Source: Candidatus Omnitrophota bacterium (GTDB lineage: Bacteria > Omnitrophota > JAUWXU01). Taken from it: a stretch of 57,794 nt of DNA. The stretch lies in assembly GCA_034717435.1 (NCBI GenBank), contig JAYELI010000057.1:1-57794 (forward strand). Reading direction: 5' to 3'. Below are positions 54,848 through 57,794 of this stretch, in pieces. Both the position numbers and the translations under genes were made by a program. Under the pieces are notes generated by a model. The model saw nothing but the letters and a program-made list of their open reading frames with translations, did not search any database and was not told the origin of the DNA. Position 1 is the stretch's first letter; every line of letters begins with the position of its first letter.

Positions 54848-55819
54848 ATGTTTAGAAACAAGGTGTTGCTGGGCAGTTTGGCTGTTTTAATCTTACTCGG
54901 ATTGACCAGCCAGGATGCATTTGCCGGAACCAGGAAAAGGAAGCGCAAGAAAGAGGTGGTTGTTGAACTGCCGTCCCTTCCGCCTTTGGTAGGGCCAAGG
55001 AAAATGATCGCGGTTATGGACTTTGAAAATAAGGCCGGAGCAGCGTCTAATTTTAGGATTGGTTCAGGTATGGCGGAAATGCTTACCACTGCTTTGATAA
55101 ATAGCGGGCGGTTTATTGTGGTGGAGCGCCAGGCTATTCAGGATGTTCTGGCTGAACAGGATTTTGGGGCAAGCGGCCGCACCGCTCCGGAAGCAGCAGC
55201 TAAATTCGGAAGGATTTTGAATGCCCAGATTATGGTCAGGGGCGCGGTAACGGAATTTGCGCAAAGCACCAGCGGCGGAGGCCAGGGATTTAGCTATAAA
55301 GGCTTTTCTCTGGGAGTGAGCGGAGGAAAAGCGCATGTAGCGGTAAATATCAGGCTTTATGATTCTACCACCGGCCAGGTTCTTGATTCTCAAAGGTGCG
55401 AGGGCTTAGCCAGTTCTTCCGGGCTTTCGTTCGGTTATTCTGAATCGGATTGGGCGGTAGGAACTTCTACGTTTAAAGCCACGCCTCTGGGAGAAGCGAC
55501 ACAGCGCGCTATAGATGATGCAGTATATTTTATTGCCCGGCGAATGCAGGATGTTGTCTGGGAAGGCCGGATAGTGACGGTAAAAGGTCCGGTTATCTAC
55601 CTGAATTGCGGAGCAACTTCAGGTGTGCAGGCAGGAGATAGTTTTAATGTTTACAGGCCGGGAGAGGAATTGATCGACCCGGCAACCGGTATTTCTCTCG
55701 GCTCTGAGGTCACCATGCTTGGAAGGGTTCAGATAGCAGAGGTGCAGGATAAGTTTTCAAAGGCAGCAGCGGTTAGCGGAACAGGATTCAAGCGGGGAGA
55801 CATTATCCGGTTTGAGTGA
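54848..55819 (+). CDS. CsgG-family protein with an extra C-terminal beta domain
   Basis: KMIAVMDFENKAGA...GSGMAEMLTTALINSGRFIVVERQAIQDVLAEQDFGASG...GRILNAQIMVRGAVTEF...VAVNIRLYDSTTGQVL. Signal peptide without a lipobox Cys. Confidence 0.75.
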   Translation: MFRNKVLLGSLAVLILLGLTSQDAFAGTRKRKRKKEVVVELPSLPPLVGPRKMIAVMDFENKAGAASNFRIGSGMAEMLTTALINSGRFIVVERQAIQDVLAEQDFGASGRTAPEAAAKFGRILNAQIMVRGAVTEFAQSTSGGGQGFSYKGFSLGVSGGKAHVAVNIRLYDSTTGQVLDSQRCEGLASSSGLSFGYSESDWAVGTSTFKATPLGEATQRAIDDAVYFIARRMQDVVWEGRIVTVKGPVIYLNCGATSGVQAGDSFNVYRPGEELIDPATGISLGSEVTMLGRVQIAEVQDKFSKAAAVSGTGFKRGDIIRFE

Positions 55820-55825
55820 AAAGAG

Positions 55826-56317
55826 CTATTGTGAACCGCGTAAAATCTTCATCCGCTTTATTACATAAGCAGATATTATAAGAATAATAAGGAAGAGAAT
55901 CAGGAAGTTATTAGCGTAAAGACGTTCGAGAAAGCAGGGATTTGCAGAAAAAGATAAGTCTTTAAGACCGGTTAAAAATATAATACTGACAGCCCCCAAA
56001 TGCAGAAGCTGGTCAGCCAGAAATGACCAGATTTTAGCCCTTCCTTTATCAACATACCTGACTTTTAGGCAATCAATAGCAAAATGGCTGGCTCCCAGAA
56101 ATAAAAACAATCCCCAGATAGCCTTAATCCCTAAAAAAGGCCAGGAAAGGCCGACAGCGCAGACAACGAATATCAATGCATGAAGAAACTGGCCCCAGAG
56201 GTTTTTTATCTTGAGCTTATAGATTATGTCGGGCTGCAAAGGGAAATCTGCTAAAAAATGCGCAAGAATAAGACGCAGGAATAAAAACATCATTCCTCCT
56301 TTTCCGGGAAATAACAA
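55826..56317 (-). CDS. DUF3307-like integral membrane protein
   Basis: ILAHFLADFPLQ motif and several TM segments. Confidence 0.6.
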   Translation of the reverse strand: MLFPGKGGMMFLFLRLILAHFLADFPLQPDIIYKLKIKNLWGQFLHALIFVVCAVGLSWPFLGIKAIWGLFLFLGASHFAIDCLKVRYVDKGRAKIWSFLADQLLHLGAVSIIFLTGLKDLSFSANPCFLERLYANNFLILFLIILIISAYVIKRMKILRGSQ

Positions 56318-56334
56318 CTAACAAATAGCGAGAA

Positions 56335-56447
56335 AATTAAATTTCTAATTGCCCTAATTAACCTAATTAATGCCCAATCCCCAATGTCCAAATTTTGTTA
56401 TTAGTTATTGGGTCATTGGAGGGTTATTTAGGTCAATTAGAAATTAG
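56335..56447. repeat. CTAATTRR / CCAAT word-array hairpin element between two minus-strand genes
   Basis: The left arm aatttctaattgccctaattaacctaattaatgcccaatccccaatgtccaa is roughly complementary to ttgttattagttattgggtcattggagggttatttaggtcaattagaaattag. The minus-strand stop codon (56444-46) is the first TAA word. Confidence 0.65.
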
Positions 56448-57487
56448 TCATTTGTGTTTAGTTCTATAATCTCTAAATAGTCTCCAAAGTCATCTATCTC
56501 GATTACCTCCGGACTGGCAAGATAATTAGAGCCAAAAATATCGCCGGTTAGGGGTATTAGCCGGTCGACTATTTTTTTAGATTTTATTTTCATGTCAATG
56601 GATATCGCTCCGTCAGAATAATATCCGGTGTTTATTATCCCGGCTCCTTTTACCACCCCTTTAACGGTCGTGCGGATAGAATCGTTCTTAATAGCGTAAT
56701 TCTCCAGGGTTGTTTTGGAATCTATGACTGTACCGTGCATTATTTCAGCAAGTTTTCGATAGGCATCTATCCGGGCAGAGCGTTCAGTAGTTACCTTTGC
56801 CAGGGCGCCGAATTTAGAGGAATATTCTTCTTCGGTTATTGGAAGATGCTTTAAGGAAGCATTGGCCGGTATTTGTTCGCCTAATATTTTCCTGGATAAT
56901 ACCCCGTTTCCTTCAGCGCCTATTTCAGCAAACTTCCAGGGAGAAATGACTGAAGAGGTAAGCTTGGTGACTTTAATGTATTTATCTAACTCATTTTTGC
57001 ATTCAAATACTACTTCGCCTTTTACTACTCTAAGTTCAGTTGAGGAATTATCCGGCAGGATGGTTACGGAAAAAGAGGTTCCCCTGACTCCGGAAACAGC
57101 AACCGGACTGGTTATGTTAAACTTGCTATCAGGAGATAGCTCGGTCAGGGTTGCTAATATTTTTCCCTTACGCAGGTCGATTTCTGTAATTTTAATATTA
57201 TCCCTTTGTTTTTCGATATCACCCAGCTTGACAAAAGAATTTTCTTTTAAGCGGATCACACTGCCGGCTAATTTTATATCGACTGAAGAATTATCCCTGG
57301 TTTTGATTGAATCCCGGGGATTTAAAGCTGTCCCCGGCTTTAAAGGCGCCCATTCTGTTTGGCCGGAATACAGGGTTTCTACCTTACCCTGAGAGGCAAT
57401 AATAATTGCCTGCTCACCGGCGTTAGCCGAAGCAGAACATAAGATAATTACCGCTAACAAGAAAATAAGTTTGGTCTTTTTAATCAT
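56444..57487 (-). CDS. Exported FecR-domain protein with a C-terminal LPP20-like domain
   Basis: Signal peptide. FecR-like segment (GKVETLYSGQTEWAPLKPGTALNPRDSIKTRDNSSVDIKL..GSVIRLKENS). C-terminal ERSARIDAYRKLAEIMHGTVIDSKTTLENY. Confidence 0.6.
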   Translation of the reverse strand: MIKKTKLIFLLAVIILCSASANAGEQAIIIASQGKVETLYSGQTEWAPLKPGTALNPRDSIKTRDNSSVDIKLAGSVIRLKENSFVKLGDIEKQRDNIKITEIDLRKGKILATLTELSPDSKFNITSPVAVSGVRGTSFSVTILPDNSSTELRVVKGEVVFECKNELDKYIKVTKLTSSVISPWKFAEIGAEGNGVLSRKILGEQIPANASLKHLPITEEEYSSKFGALAKVTTERSARIDAYRKLAEIMHGTVIDSKTTLENYAIKNDSIRTTVKGVVKGAGIINTGYYSDGAISIDMKIKSKKIVDRLIPLTGDIFGSNYLASPEVIEIDDFGDYLEIIELNTND

Positions 57488-57508
57488 ATCTGTCTAACCT
57501 GTTGGAAG

Positions 57509-57517
57509 ATTATAGCA
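57509..57517 (-). promoter_or_regulatory. Extended -10 promoter candidate (TGCTATAAT on the minus strand)
   Basis: The reverse complement of 57509-57528 reads ttgacgttttgtgctataat. The -10 ends 21 nt upstream of the ATG at 57487. Confidence 0.3.
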
Positions 57518-57598
57518 CAAAACGTCAAAGCATTCAACATCTGCCGGCAGAAAAATGCGACAGCCATTAGAACTCTACTCCAACCCCTGCCAGAACCT

Positions 57599-57794
57599 AG
57601 GTGTCATCCTGAGGGAGCGTAAGCGTAGGTGTCATCCTGAGGGAGCGTAAGCGACCGAAGGATCTCCCATAAAACCGTGTTTTCTGAGATTCTTCGGCCT
57701 TCGGCCTCAGAATGACCTTTTTTTAAGATAGGTGTCATCCTGAGGGAGCGTAAGCGACCGAAGGAAGTCCTGAGTATTCCCGAAGGGCGACCGA
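57599..57794. repeat. Mosaic REP-like repeat block, inverted relative to 1-140
   Basis: aggtgtcatcctgagggagcgtaa occurs three times (57599-, 57627-, 57730-). The reverse complement of module A is at 57651-57690. 57720-57794 is the reverse complement of 66-140. Confidence 0.85.

Noticed and set aside
56862-57392. 176-aa plus-strand ORF overlapping the FecR-LPP20 gene
   Set aside because: The minus-strand frame has a signal peptide, a FecR-like segment and the AYRKLAE LPP20 motif shared with neighbouring genes. The plus-strand translation is Ser/Leu/Thr-rich with no recognisable motif.
17569-57590. tRNA, tmRNA, RNase P, SRP or riboswitch genes in the larger gaps (17569-17678, 20309-20468, 25837-26087, 43507-43689, 51603-51757, 57488-57590)
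   Set aside because: By eye there are no cloverleaf-compatible GTTCRANYC / acceptor-stem patterns or known riboswitch cores, and the gaps are accounted for by repeat elements. A covariance-model scan was not possible and would be the decisive check.
1-57794. Whole window as a composite transposon, plasmid or prophage because of the inverted terminal repeats
   Set aside because: The content is core, single-copy housekeeping (recA, alaS, pnp, ftsK, lepA, rpsO). There are no integrase, replication or structural phage genes. The repeats are better explained as dispersed REP-like blocks that ended the contig.

Overview
The window is 57.8 kb, moderately AT-rich, and almost entirely transcribed on the + strand. 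It looks like core chromosome from an uncultivated diderm bacterium. The repeat style and gene content fit a candidate-phylum or PVC/Omnitrophota-like genome, but that placement is a low-confidence guess. All functional calls come from motif recognition in the supplied ORF translations; no database search was run.

Gene content in order:
- Cofactor and amino-acid genes: dapB-dapL, folK, panC-panD, nadA-nadX.
- A Tol/Ton-like block: giant TPR protein, ExbB/TolQ, ExbD/TolR, TonB_C-like protein.
- The classical rbfA-nrnA-truB-ribF-rpsO-pnp cluster.
- dut-ftsK, rodZ, rimO, pgsA-pgpA, an SNase-like lipoprotein, VanZ.
- An IS200/RAYT-like HUH tyrosine transposase with a DnaA-type HTH tail.
- thpR and cinA-C on the - strand, then recA, htrA, alaS.
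- Partial his (hisD-B-A-I) and trp (trpD-C-F-B-A) operons.
- manC-like, ruvX, M16 peptidase, dtd, a Macro-Nudix fusion, hflKC, acyP, rpe, a PGM/PMM, a degenerate histidine-phosphatase homologue, lepA, lepB.
- A terminal cluster of exported LPP20/FlgP-like, FlgT-like, CsgG-like, DUF3307 and FecR-LPP20 proteins.

No tRNA, rRNA or CRISPR array was recognised.

Two things stand out:
1. Almost every intergenic gap, including gaps inside operons, is filled by long hairpin elements built from short-period (7-11 nt) degenerate word arrays. There are at least eight sequence families. Some elements contain the stop codon of the upstream gene and the start context of the downstream gene. There is one nested insertion, one in-frame invasion of a coding region (manC), and mosaic REP-like blocks in inverted orientation at both window ends. 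A RAYT-like gene sits in the same window.
2. The 3' end carries a CsgG-family, LPP20 and FlgT-like envelope gene cluster with no curli or flagellar genes nearby. It may specify an undescribed outer-membrane ring or pore assembly.
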